64,000 nucleotides of DNA from Mobula hypostoma (taxonomy: Eukaryota), in contig NC_086097.1 of assembly GCF_963921235.1 (NCBI RefSeq), forward strand, positions 110,362,001 to 110,426,000, read 5' to 3'. Position 1 is the stretch's first letter, and each line of letters starts with the position of its first letter. Below are positions 1-11,904 of the stretch, in pieces. A program made the translations under genes and the position numbers. Under the pieces are notes generated by a model, which saw only the letters and a list, made by a program, of their open reading frames with translations, did no database searches and was not told the DNA's origin.

Positions 1-220
1 AATTAATGAAATAATATATGTATAACCTCTCACACACTGAGATTCACTGAAAAAACTACCCAGACAGTGAAAAAAAACAATAACAAATGAAATTTTGGGT
101 ATCCAAAAATGTTGCGTATCTATGTAACCAATTAAAGGGTTGTAACAGGAGGTGTGACTGGTCTGGGATCAAAAAGGCTCAGGAAGCCAGGCAGGATGAA
201 TGAGATACTAAATAGTGCTT

Positions 221-648
221 TACACAGAGTAGCCACTTCATTTGGTACCCCTGTACACTTGATCAATAATACAAATATATCTAATCAGCCAATCATGTGG
301 CAGCAATTCAATGTGTAAAAGCATGCAGACATGGTCAAGAGGTTCATTTGTTGCTCAGACCAAACATCAGAATGCGGAAAAGGGTGATCTAAGTGACCTT
401 GACCCTGAAATTGTTGTTGGTGCCAGATGGGGTGGCAGTTCTGGGAGCAAAACTGCCTTGTTAATGAGAGAGGTCAGAGGAGAATAGCTAGACTGGTTGG
501 AGCTGACAGGAAGGCAATAATAACTGAAATAGCCATGTGTTACAACAGTGGTGTGCAGAAGAGCTAAGCAGCAGAGCACCACAAACATACACTTAGAGGG
601 CACTTCGTTAAGTACAGGAGGTATCTAATAAAGTGGCCACCAAGTGCA
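221..648 (+). mobile_element. Non-autonomous Tc1-like DNA transposon (decayed)
   Basis: Degenerate TIRs TACACAGAGTAGCCACTTCATTTGGTAC ... GTATCTAATAAAGTGGCCACCAAGTGCA; interior collinear with the copy at 36474-37004. Confidence 0.8.
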
Positions 649-699
649 TTCATCACCCAGGAAGAAGATGCTGATGACTTCTCAGCAGAGGAAGATGTC

Positions 700-1130
700 A
701 ACAGTATTCTGGATGAGATAATAATTGATATAATACCAAAAAGGCTAGTTGATGTTAAAATAAATGTCACCGGGCTCAGATGGAAGGCATCCAAGGCTGC
801 TGGTGGAAATAAGAGAGGACATTCCAGAGACCCTCAACATCACATTCCAACCCTTTATAGATTTCATAATCCTGCTCTGGGGATAAGGTCTGCAACCATA
901 GGCTAGTTTTGGTAGAGAAACTTCTAGAGACAATCATCATGGACAGAGTTAGAAGCCATATTACTTAAGGAATGGCAGCATGGATGTTTGAAAAGGAAGT
1001 CACGTACAATCAATTTGACAGAAATTGCTGATGAAATGACAGAGAATGTCATTGAAGGAAATATAGATTTTAAAAACCTTTTGTTAAGTAAGTATTTAAT
1101 AAGATTGGATATTCCATTAGATTGTGAGAC
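700..1130 (+). pseudogene. Old CR1 LINE ORF2 (RT) fragment
   Basis: Decayed SPGxDGxHPRLLxE and QHG..KRKSRTINLTE motifs typical of CR1 RT; boundaries approximate. Confidence 0.6.
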
Positions 1131-1134
1131 ATTG

Positions 1135-1275
1135 GAGCAGTGTTAGGTCAATTGCCTCATCGGGTCAGGGCCGCCATTCCATTATGGCCGATTTATTATC
1201 CCTCTCAACCCCATTCTCCTGCCTTCTCCCCATAACCTTTGACACCCTTACTAATCAAGAACCTGTCCACCTCCA
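1135..1275 (-). mobile_element. CR1 3' end fragment
   Basis: ccgccattccattatggccgatttattatccctctcaaccccattctcctgcc matches the antisense CR1 3'UTR seen at 57685-57960. Confidence 0.6.
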
Positions 1276-1657
1276 GTTGCCTAACCTGCTGAGTTCCTCC
1301 AATATTTTGCTTGTATACTGCTAATACAGATCAAATCATTACAGGGAAGTCCTTAGAAAAGTTTACTAAAATGAGCTCATGGAGGGAAGTGATTCTCTTG
1401 GGGGAAAGGGTGAAATACCAGAGAGCATAGAATAAAAGTGGCAAAACTATCACAATAACATGAAGGAAAACGTTTATGTGAGGTGTGCGGTGAGGGCTGG
1501 AGTACAGATAGTTTAAATTGCAGTATTCTGAATGAGCTGGATAGGTATCTGAAAAAAGTATAAAATACAGTGCAATGGGAAGTGAACATGGGAGTGGGAC
1601 TAATCAAGTTGATCTTGTACATAGCTGGAAAGGACTTGACTGTCTTTATGGCCTCCT

Positions 1658-3510
1658 TTCAAAGTTCAAAGTAAATGTATTATCAGTGTAAGTATGTGTC
1701 ACCATATACTACCCTGAGATTCATTTTCTTACAAGCATTCACAGTAGAACAAAGAAATCGAATAGAGTCAATGAGGAACTATACACAAAGTCTAGCAAGC
1801 AAACAATGTGCAGAAGAAGATAAATTGTGCAAATAAAAAAACAACCAACAATAATAAATATGTAAATAAATAAAGACTTTATAAACTGCAGGGAGTAGTT
1901 CTTGTCCTGCAGCCATCAGGCATCTTGATTGGCTTCACTCACCCCAGCACTGAACGAACTCCGCCGCCTGTGGACTCACTTTCAGGATCTCTACACTCAT
2001 ATTCTCCGTATTGTCTGTTTACATTTTTTATTAATTGCACAATTTGTACTCTTTTGCACATTGGACGTTTGTCAGTTTTTTTTCTGTGTGTTTTTTTGTG
2101 GATGAGATTACAGTTGTGTGTTTTCATGTAGGTACTGGCAGGAAAATGAATCCCAAATGAATCTCAAGTTTGTATATGTTGTACATACTTTAATAATAAC
2201 TTTACTTTGAAAAGTTACTTGGAACTTTGAACTCTGAATATTGAGAACGTGAGCTGTAGAGTCATTGAAAGTGAGTCTGTAGGTTGTGGAGTCAGTTCAG
2301 TGTTGAGGTGAGTGAAGTCACCTGGTTCGTGAACCTGATGGCCGAAGGTTAATAACTGTTCCTGAGCCTCTTGGTGTGAAACTTCTTTATGTCTTTCCCA
2401 ATGGCAGGAACGAGAAGAGAGCATGGTCTGAATAGTAGAGGGTCCTTGATGATAGAAACATAGAAACATAGAAAATAGGTGCAGGAGTAGGCCATTCGGC
2501 CCTTCGAGCCTGCACCGCCATTTATTATGATCATGGCTGATCATCCAACTCAGAACCCAGCCTTCCCTCCATACCCCCTGACCCCTGTAGCCACAAGGGC
2601 CATATCTAACTTCCTTTTAAACATAGCTAATGAACTGGCCTCAACAGTTTGCTGTGGCAGAGAATTCCACAGATTCACCACTCTCTGTGTGAAGAAGTTT
2701 TTCCTAACCTCGGTCCTAAAAGGCTTCCCCTCTATCCTCAAACTGTGACCCCTCGTTCTAGACCTCCCCAACATCGGGAACAATCTTCCCGCATCTAGCC
2801 TGTTCAATCCCTTTAGGATCTTATACGTTTCAATCAGATCCCCCCTCAATCTTCTAAATTCCAACGAGTACAAGCCCAGTTCATCCAGTCTTTCTTCATA
2901 TGAAAGACCTGCCATCCCAGGAATCAATCTGGTGAACCTTCTTTGTACTCCCTCTATGGCAAAGATGTCTTTCCTCAGATTAGGGGACCAAAACTGCACA
3001 CAATACTCCAGGTGTGGTCTCACCAAGGCCTTGTACAACTGCAGTAGTACCTCCCTGCTCCTGTACTCGAATCCTCTCGCTATAAATGCCAGCATACCAT
3101 TCGCCTTTTTCACCGCCTGCTGTACCTGCATGCCCACTTTCAATGACTGGTGTATAATGACACCCAGGTCTCGTTGCACCTCCCCTTATCCTAATCGGCC
3201 ACCATTCAGATAATAATCTGTTTTCCTATTTTTGCCACCAAAGTGGATAACTTCACATTTATGATGGATGTTGCTTTCTTGTGGCAACGCTCCTTATAGA
3301 TGGGATAATTTGTCCTGTGATGGACTGGGCTGTATGAGCTACTGTTCATTAGTTTTTCCATTCTTTGGCTTTGAAGTGTTTCCATACCAGGCCATGGTGC
3401 AACTGAGCATCTATAGAAGTCTGTCAAAGTTGTACTCTGCCACCTCTAAGACAGTAGATGTGCTAACATGCCTTCTTTGCAATGGTATTTGCATGCTGGT
3501 CCCAGGAGAA
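1658..3510 (-). mobile_element. Old Rex1/Babar-like LINE 3' part, interrupted by a + strand Rex-like tail (~1890-2235) and a young CR1 (2452-3261)
   Basis: TTCAAAG-repeat tail at 1658; host sequence ggtccttgatgat|ggatgttgctttc resumes after the CR1. Confidence 0.55.
2452..3261 (-). mobile_element. Young 5'-truncated CR1 LINE (ORF2 C-terminus + 3'UTR)
   Basis: Open ORF 2550-3179 (KKANGMLAFIARGFEYRS..VRPHLEYCVQFWSP..RRLRGDLIETYKI..FFTQRVVNLWNSLP); (GTTTCTAT)n tail; near-identical to 54729-55921. Confidence 0.95.
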
Positions 3511-3519
3511 GTGGTGGTG

Positions 3520-5550
3520 GTCACAAGTATCTGCTGTTCTCGTCCTTCTAGATGGTAGTGGTCGTGGGTCTGGAAGGTGCTGCCTTAGGAACTTTGGTGT
3601 GTTGTTGCAGTGCATCTTGTAGATAGTACACACTGTTGCAACTGTTGGTCGTTGGTGGAGGGATTGGATGCTTGTGGAAGGGGTACCAATCAAGTGGTCT
3701 GTCTTGTACTGGATGGTGTCAAGCTTCTTGAATGTTGATGGAGCTGCACTCATCCAGGCGAGTAGCGAGTATTCCAGTAAACTCCTGAACTGAGCCTTGT
3801 AGATGGTGGACAAGCTTTGGGGAGTCAGGAGGTGAGTTACATTCCACAGGATTCCTAGTTCAATTTCCTGTCAAGGGTAACCCCCAGGATGTTGTTAGTA
3901 GGGGATTCAGTGATGGTGATGCCACTGAAGGTCGAGGGGTGATGGTTAGAGCCTCTCTTGTTGGAGATGGTCATTGCCTGGCACCTGCGTGCTTGAATGT
4001 TACTTGCCATTTGTCAGCCCAAGCCCGGATATTCTCCATGTCCTGCTGCATTTGGGTATGACCTGTTTTACTATCTGAGGAGTCACAAATGGTGCAGAAT
4101 GTTGTGCAGTCATCTGCAAACATCCCCACTTCTGATCTTATGACAGAAGGAAGGTCATTGTTGAAGCAGCTGAATGTGGTTGGTCCTAGGACACTTCCCT
4201 GAGGAACTCCTGCAATGATGTCCTGAGGATGAGATGATTGACCTCCAACCACCACAACTACCTTCCTTTGCATCAGGTAGGAATCCAACCAGCAGACGAT
4301 TTTCCCTCTAATTCCCATTGACTCCATTTTAGCCAGGGCATACTTGGTCTAATGCTGCCTTGATGTCGAGGGCTATCACTCTCACCTCACCTCTGGTATT
4401 TAGCTCTTTGGTCCATGTTTGGACCAAGGAGATGATGAGGTCAGGAACTGGTGGCCTTGGCGGAACCCAAACTGGGTACCCGTAAGCAGATTATTGCTGA
4501 GTAGGTGCTACATGATAGCACTGTTGATGACCCTTCCATTACTTTGCTGATGATTTGGAGTATGCTGATAGGGCGGTAATTGGCTGGGTGGACTTGTCCT
4601 GTTTCTTGTGTACAGGACATACCTGTGGCAATTTTCCACATTGCCAGGTAGATGCTGGTGTTGTAGCTATACTGGAACAGCTTGGCTAGTGGGGTGGCAA
4701 GTTCTGGGCCACAAGTCTTCAGGCTATTGCTGGGATTTTGTCAGGGCCCATAGCCTTCACAGTATCCAGAGCTTTCAGCTGTTTCTTGATAGTGCTGGGG
4801 ACTTCTGGAGGAGGCCAAGCTGGATCACTTACTTGCACTTCTGACTGAAGATTGTTGCAAATGCCTCAGCCTTTTCTTTTGCACAGATGTGCTCGGCTCC
4901 TCTATCATTCAGGATGGGGATACTTGTGGAGCCTCCTCCTCCAGTGATTGTCCACCACCACCCACGGCTGGATGTGGCAGGTCTACAGAGGTTAGGACTG
5001 ATCCGTTGGTTGTGGGAGCACTTTGCTCAGTCTATTACTTGCTACTTATGGTGTTTGGCGTGAGAGTAGTCCTGTATTGCGGCTTCACCAGGGTGACATC
5101 TCGTATTGAGATATGCCTGGTATTGTTCTCAGCATGCCCTCCTGCACTCTTCATTGAACCAGGTTGATCCCCTGGCCTGGTGGTGATGTTAGAGTGGTGG
5201 ATATGCCGGGCCATGAGGTTACAGATTGTAGTTGAGTACAATTCTGCTGCTGCTGATGGCCCACAGCACCTCATAGGTGCCCAGTCTTGGGCTGCTGGAT
5301 TTGTTCAATGTCTACCCCATTTAGCACGGTGGTAGTGTCACACACCGCGGTGGAGGGTTTCTTCAATGTGCGGATGGGATTTAGTCTCCACAAATACTGT
5401 GTGGTGTCACTTCTACCAATGCTGTCATGGACAGATGCTTCCACGCAGGCAGGGATGGGGATATCTGGTATGATGATTCGGATGGGGATGAGAACAATGA
5501 GGCGCACCCCCTCAGACATGTAAAAGTTAGGGAGGAGTGCCAGAATGCTG
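3520..5550 (-). mobile_element. Decayed CR1-clade LINE of a second family (RT region + 3' end)
   Basis: ORF fragments NYRPISILQIISKVME, GVPQGSVLGPTTF, MFADDCT, IYKAQFRSLLEY. Confidence 0.85.
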
Positions 5551-5557
5551 ATGAACA

Positions 5558-5769
5558 TGTAGGTTTCTGCAAAAAAATGAGTGAGGCATTTTATGTTTAA
5601 GGAAAACAGGAGCAACTCATTTATTGTAATCCAAACACTGAACACAAAGCATGGTAAAGGTACTTCACATAATTACATCATTACATCAGGTCAGCCTCTG
5701 AAAGTGAACCCCAACTCAATGTCGATGGTTGTGAATTAAGTACCTTTCCACCAATTACATATCCCTACA
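5558..5769 (-). repeat. 3' LTR (212 bp) of the Gypsy element
   Basis: Inverted termini TGTAGG...CCTACA; on the minus strand preceded by a G-rich PPT-like tract (TTGGGGGTCTG) after integrase; AATAAA inside on the minus strand. Confidence 0.75.
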
Positions 5770-7879
5770 CAGACCCCCAAGAATTCACTAAACAGGCATT
5801 GTGAGCCTGTCCAGAGCACAAACAGGGTCCTATGTTCCACGGGTAAAGGAACAGCAGGTGATTCTAGCTCATCCAGAGGTGTGTTAACGCGCTTACGGTC
5901 ATGTTGTGACGGCAGGGTCATTGTAGCAGAATACTCCAAATCTCGATGGGCTGGTTTAAGGCAATCTACAGAAACACATTCAGGTTTACCCTTCTTTTCT
6001 CACTGTTCCAGAAAGCGGAACAGGCTATCATAAGGGGGCCTAAGAAGGTGTTGGTGTGCATCATGGCAGACAAAAACAAACGAGGTGGAATGTAGGTCAA
6101 CAGGGACCCAAGGGTGCTGTACACCATGATGGGAGATAGGAATAGGTGCAAAGGAATTTAATTTACTGGAACGCTGCTGAGAGGCCCACCAGACAGTCGT
6201 TGAATCAGGAATAACATCACCTGCCACTTGTAAGGTATACCAAATCTGTCACAGATGACTGCAAGTCCTCTTTTGGAGCTGTTCTGATCCCCAGCAGGAC
6301 CCATAGGAGATGATCTGGCCAACACTCATCCATAAGAGGAAGCCCTCAGAGCAGCCTTTAAGGAGGCTAAAACCGTTTGCATAGGTCATTGGATTGTGGG
6401 TGATACACCGTGGTGTGATGGTGCATCATGCTGAGGCTCTGGGCCATCACAGCCCAGAGGTTTGATATGAATTGGGGACTGCGGTCAGAAAGATTATCAG
6501 TTGGGGTGCCAAGCCAAGCAACCCAGCTGCTGATGAACACCCAAGCCACTGTGATGATAGAGCGACCTGGTGGTACAATCCACCATTGTAAGGAGATACG
6601 TGAAACCACAGGAGGGGGTGAGAAGGACTAGCAGGGCCCACATTAACATGGTCAAACCATTGCTCAGTGACCTCAAAAGGTGCTAACAGCACCTGAACAT
6701 GACAGTTAACTTTTGCCCGCTAGCACTCCACACCAGCTGCTCTCCCATCATGCACTTCCTTACTATGGCCGTGCCACACAAACTTCAGTGTGAGGCCTTC
6801 CGGCCCCGATGCAAGAGGCCACGTATGGAGTACGCCTCTAGTTTGCAGTCACTATGGGTCGAGGGCAACCTGTTGAGACGTCACACAGGAGAGGAAGCTC
6901 AGCTTTCTTGAACTTAATGTCAGCCAACCACAGGCCCGTGACTGCTGTTTAGTATGCCTGGACCTTTGGGTCAGTAACTTGGTTGGCTGCCATGTTGGCA
7001 TAGTCAACCCCTATGTGTACGGTCTCAATGGCTGGCCGTGAGAGGCAATCAGCCACGGCACTATTTTTCCCCTTGATATTATGTTGTATATCAGTTCTGA
7101 ACTCTGATGCGTAAGCCAGGCGGAGTTGCTGCCGTGCAAACCAAGGGTCTGATATTTTGGCCATCGCGTGCACGAGGGGTTTGTGGTCAACGAGCACTGT
7201 GAAATGGTGACCCTCTAGATAGAGACCGAGAAGCTCACGGTCAAACATGCTGTACTTCCTTTTGGGGGAACAGAGCTCCTGACCGAAGAAGGTGAGTGGC
7301 TGCCACATGCTTCCAACCAATTGTCATGCACAGCACCAAAGGCTTCATCTGAAGCATCAGTAGTAGTGGCTATGGGTTAGTTGGGGAGAGGGTGTGCCAG
7401 TAGGGTCACGTTGGAAAGAGCTCATTTAGTGTCATCAAATGCTCTGGTCATGTCCACTGACCAGTCAAGTACTTGATTAGTGGTATTAACTTTAAGTGCA
7501 CTATACAGGGGGAGCATAAGCTCAGTAGCTCACAGAATTGCACAGTCATAGAAATTCACCATATATAAAAACAGTAACTTTTTAATAGTGCAGGATGGTA
7601 AGAAATCCATAATAACCAATACTTTTGATGGAAGGGGTTTGCACCTTCTGCAGAGATGTGCTGTCCAAGGAAGTCAATGGCTGCCAAGCCAGACTGGCAT
7701 TTAGCAGGATTAATAATCAACCCGTGTAGGCTTAAGTGCTTGAAAAGTGTGCAGAGATGAGATACGTGTTCAGATTTGGATGCACTGGCAAGAAGTATGT
7801 CATCCAGGTAAACAAGAAGAAAATCTTAAGTCTTTTAATACAGAGTCCATCTGCCATTGGAAAGTCTGTGCTGCATTTT

Positions 7880-8532
7880 AGATTTTAGATTATGAGGACA
7901 CTCAGTCCTCGTTTATTGTCATTTAGAAATGCATGCATGCATTAAGAAATGATACAATGTTCCTCCAGAGTGACATCACAAAAAGAGCAGGACAAACCAA
8001 AGACCAACACTAACAAGACCACATAATTATAACATATAGTTACAGCAGTGCAAAGCAATACGATAATTTGATAAAGAGCAGACCATGGGAACGGTTTAAA
8101 AAAAAGTCTCAAAGTTCCGATCGACTCCCGATAGTCCCCGATAACAGGCGGCAGAAGGGAGAAACTCTCTCTGCCATAACCCTTCAGGAACTGACAACTG
8201 TCGATGCGTTGGAAGCACTGACCACAGCGTCTGAGTCTGTCCAAAAACTTCGAGCCTCCAACCAGCCCTTCAACACCGAGCACCATCTCTGCCAAGCGCC
8301 TCGACCCCGTCCCAGCCACCGAGCAACAAGCAAAGCCGAGGATTCAGGGCCTTCCCCTCCGGAGATTCTGGATCACACAGTAACAGCAGCAGCAAAAAAG
8401 GTATTTCAGAAGTTTCTCCAGATGTTCCTCCGGCCTCTCACGTCTGTCTCTACCAAATCAGGATTGTGCATGGCACCCTACTTGACAGATTACAGATATC
8501 ATTCACTGCGTCGCGCCGCCATCTTATCCTCC
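7880..8532 (-). mobile_element. Non-coding Rex1-tailed short element inserted in the Gypsy RT
   Basis: 5' GGAGGATAAGATGGCGGC; 3' AATAAA, GAGGAC/GTCCTC hairpin and (ATCTAAA)n tail; flanked by CATTT; splits PFGL|KNAAQTFQ; second copy at 40190-40815. Confidence 0.85.
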
Positions 8533-9582
8533 ATTTTTCAGTCCAAATGGCAAACACAGAAACTCAAGGAGGCCAAACAGGGTTATCACAGCTGTTTTGG
8601 GAATGTCCTCTAAGCACACAGGCACCTAATGGTTGCCCCTAACTAGACTGACTTTGGAAAAAATTAACTTTCCATTTAAACGTGACAAAAAGTCTTTGAT
8701 CAGTGGTAACAGGTAACAATCGTGGGTGGTGACCTTGTTAAGGCATTAGTATTTGCCATTTGGTTGGCAACCACCATTGGACTTAAAAACCATATAGAGA
8801 GGCAAAGCCTAGAGGCCATTCAACCACCGTAAAATGCCAAGTCTTTCAATGTTGGTAAGCACAACCTTCACGGTTGCCATCTTTTCTGGGTCCAGTCTAC
8901 GTGCGCGGGCATGGATTGATGAGTCAGTTGTGGAAATGTGATGCTTGGTGAGGTCTGGGAATTTGCCCAGCAGTCTAGTAACTCACATGCATATGCTTGA
9001 CAGAGTCGTTGTGGGGAACTTACTGGGGGAGCAGGGTAACAACCCAAAGTCCTTGACATCCACAAGACGGCACTTCTTAAGATCAACTAACACTCTTGGG
9101 CACACAGGAAATCTGCACTGAGCTGAGGTCTGGCCACTTTAGCCAGGATGAAGTCCCATGTGTAATGTCACCCACTGAAAGAGAGATTCAACCGTTGTGT
9201 CCCCTAGTCTGGATCTTACTGCCGTTGGTGGTCTCCAGCAAGGTTTCACCACTCTTTGTCTTCTCATCAATAGACGATGCTGGCAGTACACTCACCTGAG
9301 CACCCGTGTCACACAGGAAGCATCGCCCTGAAAGGGTGTCCATAATGAACAGTAGACGACCCTGCCAGCTGAAACCCACAGTGTTCACAGACCTCTGATG
9401 TCTCAATGAACTGGTACTGTCGAAGCTGCAAGGCGGTCAGCGCTTCCTAGCATTCGTACCAAAGCGAGAGTGGTAAAAACACAGGCCTGGCGTTGTCTGT
9501 TTTGCAGCTGCAGGTGTCCTTTTGTTGGAGTCCTTGAATATGCCCTATCCCCCAGCGTTAAAGTAGCTCACTATATATATGA

Positions 9583-9785
9583 AAACAACAGGAATTCTGC
9601 AGATGCTGGAAATTCAAGCAACATACATCAAAGTTGCTGGTGAACGCAGCAGGCCAAGCAGCATCTATAGGAAGAGGCGCAGTCGACGTTTCAGGCCGAG
9701 ACCGGTCTCGGCCTGAAACGTCGACTGCGCCCCTTCCTATAGATGCTGCTTGGCCTGCTGCGTTCACCAACAACTTTGATGTATG
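9583..9785. mobile_element. Miniature fold-back Penelope-like (PLE) terminal element
   Basis: 82-bp arms 9622-9703/9704-9785, no spacer, 2 mismatches; 39-bp extra tail on the left; 15-bp TSD TCACTATATATATGA (9568-9582, 9786-9800). Confidence 0.93.
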
Positions 9786-10412
9786 TCACTATATATATGA
9801 TGTGCTTTTGTGGGGATTCTCTGAAGAGGAGGTTTCTGAAGCCCTTAATATTTTGATCACATGCAATCGAGTGGATAGGAAATTAACTCCAATAAAATAA
9901 AAGGCCCAGCTACAACTGTTCATTTTCTACGATTCCAATGGACTAAGGGCAACAGGATAATTCCGGAGAAGGTCAGAAATAAGGTCCTAGGTATAGCATG
10001 CCCTATGACAAAATAAGGCCTTTGGGGATAGCAGCAGCATCACATACCCCACTTGACTGTGATCCTTCAATCTTTAAACCTTGTGACCAGAAAGACATTG
10101 AGTTGTGTATGGGGCCCTGAGCAACAATGAGTTTTTGAGGCTGCAAAGGAGGCGGCCTCTGCGGCCTCGTCCCTGTCCTCATCCAGAGGTTCTCCTCCTG
10201 GAACTGCAAGTTTCTGTTAAAGATGATATGGCTGTCTGGAGCCTCTGACAGAAGTATGGAGGAAGGAATATTCCTCTGGCTTTTTTGGTCCGAAAGCTTC
10301 CTGATCCTACCGCCAGATACACTGCATTTGAGGAACAGCTTCTTGCCTGTTACTGAGCTTTAGAAAAGACTGAAACACACTTGTCTCCCTTCAGCCTGAT
10401 CTTCCTATTATG

Positions 10413-11251
10413 GCAACGCACAGAAAATGCTGGAGGAACTCAGCAGGCCAGGCAGTATCTATGGAAAAAAGTATAGTTGATGTTTCGGGCCGAAACCCTT
10501 CATCGGGACTGGGAGAAAAGATGAGTTAGAGTCAGAAAGTGGGAGGAGAAAAGGAAGAACCACAAGGTGGTGGATGAAACTGGGAGGGAGGAGGGGTGAA
10601 GAAAGAGAGCTGGAAAGTTGATTGTTGAAAGAGATACAAAGCTGGAGAAGGTTGAAAGAGATACAAAGCTGGAGAAGGTTGAAAGAGATACAAAGCTGGA
10701 GAAGGTTGAAAGAGATACAAAGCTGGAGAAGGGGGTATTGGATAGAAGAGAGCAGAAGGCTATGAAAACAAGGGAAGGGGGAGGAGCCCCAGAGGGAAGT
10801 GATAGGCAGGTAGGGAGATAAAGTGGGAGAGGGAAATGGGATTGGGGAATGTGAGGGGGCATTCCCGGAAGTTCGAGAAATCAATGTTCATGCCATCAGG
10901 ATGGAGGCTACCCAGATGGAATATAAGGTGTTGCTCCTCTGACCTGAGTGTGGCCTCATCACGGCAGTGGAGAAGACAATAGATTGGTATGGGAATGGGA
11001 AGTGGAATTAAAATAGCTGGCCTGGGAGATCTCGCTTTTTCTGGTGGACAGAGCATAGGTGCTCGATGAAGCAGCCTCTCACTCTACGTCGAGTCTCACC
11101 GATATACAAAAGGCCTCACCAGGAGTACTGGACAACAGGCTCACAGGAGATGTGTCGCCTCACCTAGAAGGACTGTTTGGGGTCCTGAATGGTAGTGAGG
11201 CGGTAGGTGAGGACAAGAGGAACCATACGTGCACGATATGGAAGAGATGCA
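10413..11251 (-). mobile_element. Older PLE 3' fragment (GIY-YIG C-terminus, 3'UTR, degenerate hammerhead)
   Basis: EQHLIFHLGSLHPDGMNIDFSNFR; homologous to 31017-31784; interrupts the ERV at LPIM|WVL. Confidence 0.9.
10624..10731. repeat. Tandem repeat, 4 x 27 bp GTTGAAAGAGATACAAAGCTGGAGAAG
   Basis: Four identical head-to-tail units inside the PLE 3'UTR. Confidence 0.95.
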
Positions 11252-11378
11252 ATATGGGGTGGGTACTCTGACACACTCACCCATAAGCTAGGGCATGCAC
11301 AATGAAGTTCAATCATCGACTGCAAGTGGTATATTTCTGAAGAGGCATCAAACGGACCGGACGGAAATGGTAAAATAC

Positions 11379-11591
11379 ACGAATGAGAAAATCTGCAGAT
11401 GCTGGAAATCCAAAGCAACACACACAGAATGCTGGAGGAACTCAGAAGGTCAGGCAGCATCTATGGAAAGGAATAAACAGTCGACGTGTCGGGCTGAGAC
11501 CCTTCTACGGGACCTTAGAAGGGTTTCCTTCCCGAAGAAGGGTCTCGGCCCTGGCTTGCTGAATTCCTCCAGCATTCTGTATATGTTGCTT
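11379..11591. mobile_element. Older miniature fold-back PLE terminal element
   Basis: Inverted PLE ends (CAACACACACAGAATGCTGGAGGAACTCAG / CTGAATTCCTCCAGCATTCTGTATATGTTG); 11-bp TSD TGGTAAAATAC (11368-11378, 11592-11602). Confidence 0.85.
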
Positions 11592-11904
11592 TGGTAAAAT
11601 ACTTGAACTGGTTGCTGGGTCCCCTCAGGCTATGTCACTGAAGCTTGAAGTTACTCTGGCCTGCTGTGTGGGGAGTTCCCTTTCATCTGCTCAACAGCAG
11701 CATAGGTCAGTGATATGGCAGAACGGTCGGCATTGTGGGAAGGGTGCTACCTTTAACCTTCTCACCCAACACGCTCTGAGGAGGAAAGGCCTGAGGTGTT
11801 GAGTCAATATGCAGAGCTTGTAGCAGTGCAGACTGTTATTATGCATGAAACAGGTGAAGATCATATTATATTGATACCTGGGCTGTTGCTAACGGACTTG
11901 CTGT

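Larger units (their letters stand above)
5558..9522 (-). mobile_element. Decayed Ty3/Gypsy LTR retrotransposon (CsRn1-like), 5' part missing
   Basis: Gag CFYHSRFG..PPC (CHCC-type), protease FLCDTGAQVSVLP (9188-9406), RT PFGLKNAAQTFQ and YLDD, RNase H YSMFDRELL/VDHKPL (6949-7320), integrase SDRSPQFIS..HHTTVYHPQSN (6367-6692). Confidence 0.9.

Noticed and set aside
8068..8613. 181-aa ORF with a relative at 40394-40858
   Set aside because: Antisense to a non-coding repeat; the frame is not conserved between copies.
9558..9900. Twin ORFs MLVNAAGQAASIGRG.. on both strands (also at 30107, 31387, 53781)
   Set aside because: Translations of the palindromic non-coding PLE terminus, not genes.
10618..10884. 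27-bp repeats as a CRISPR array or repeat-protein gene
   Set aside because: No spacers, eukaryotic context; the ORFs are by-products of a 27-bp unit in a PLE UTR.
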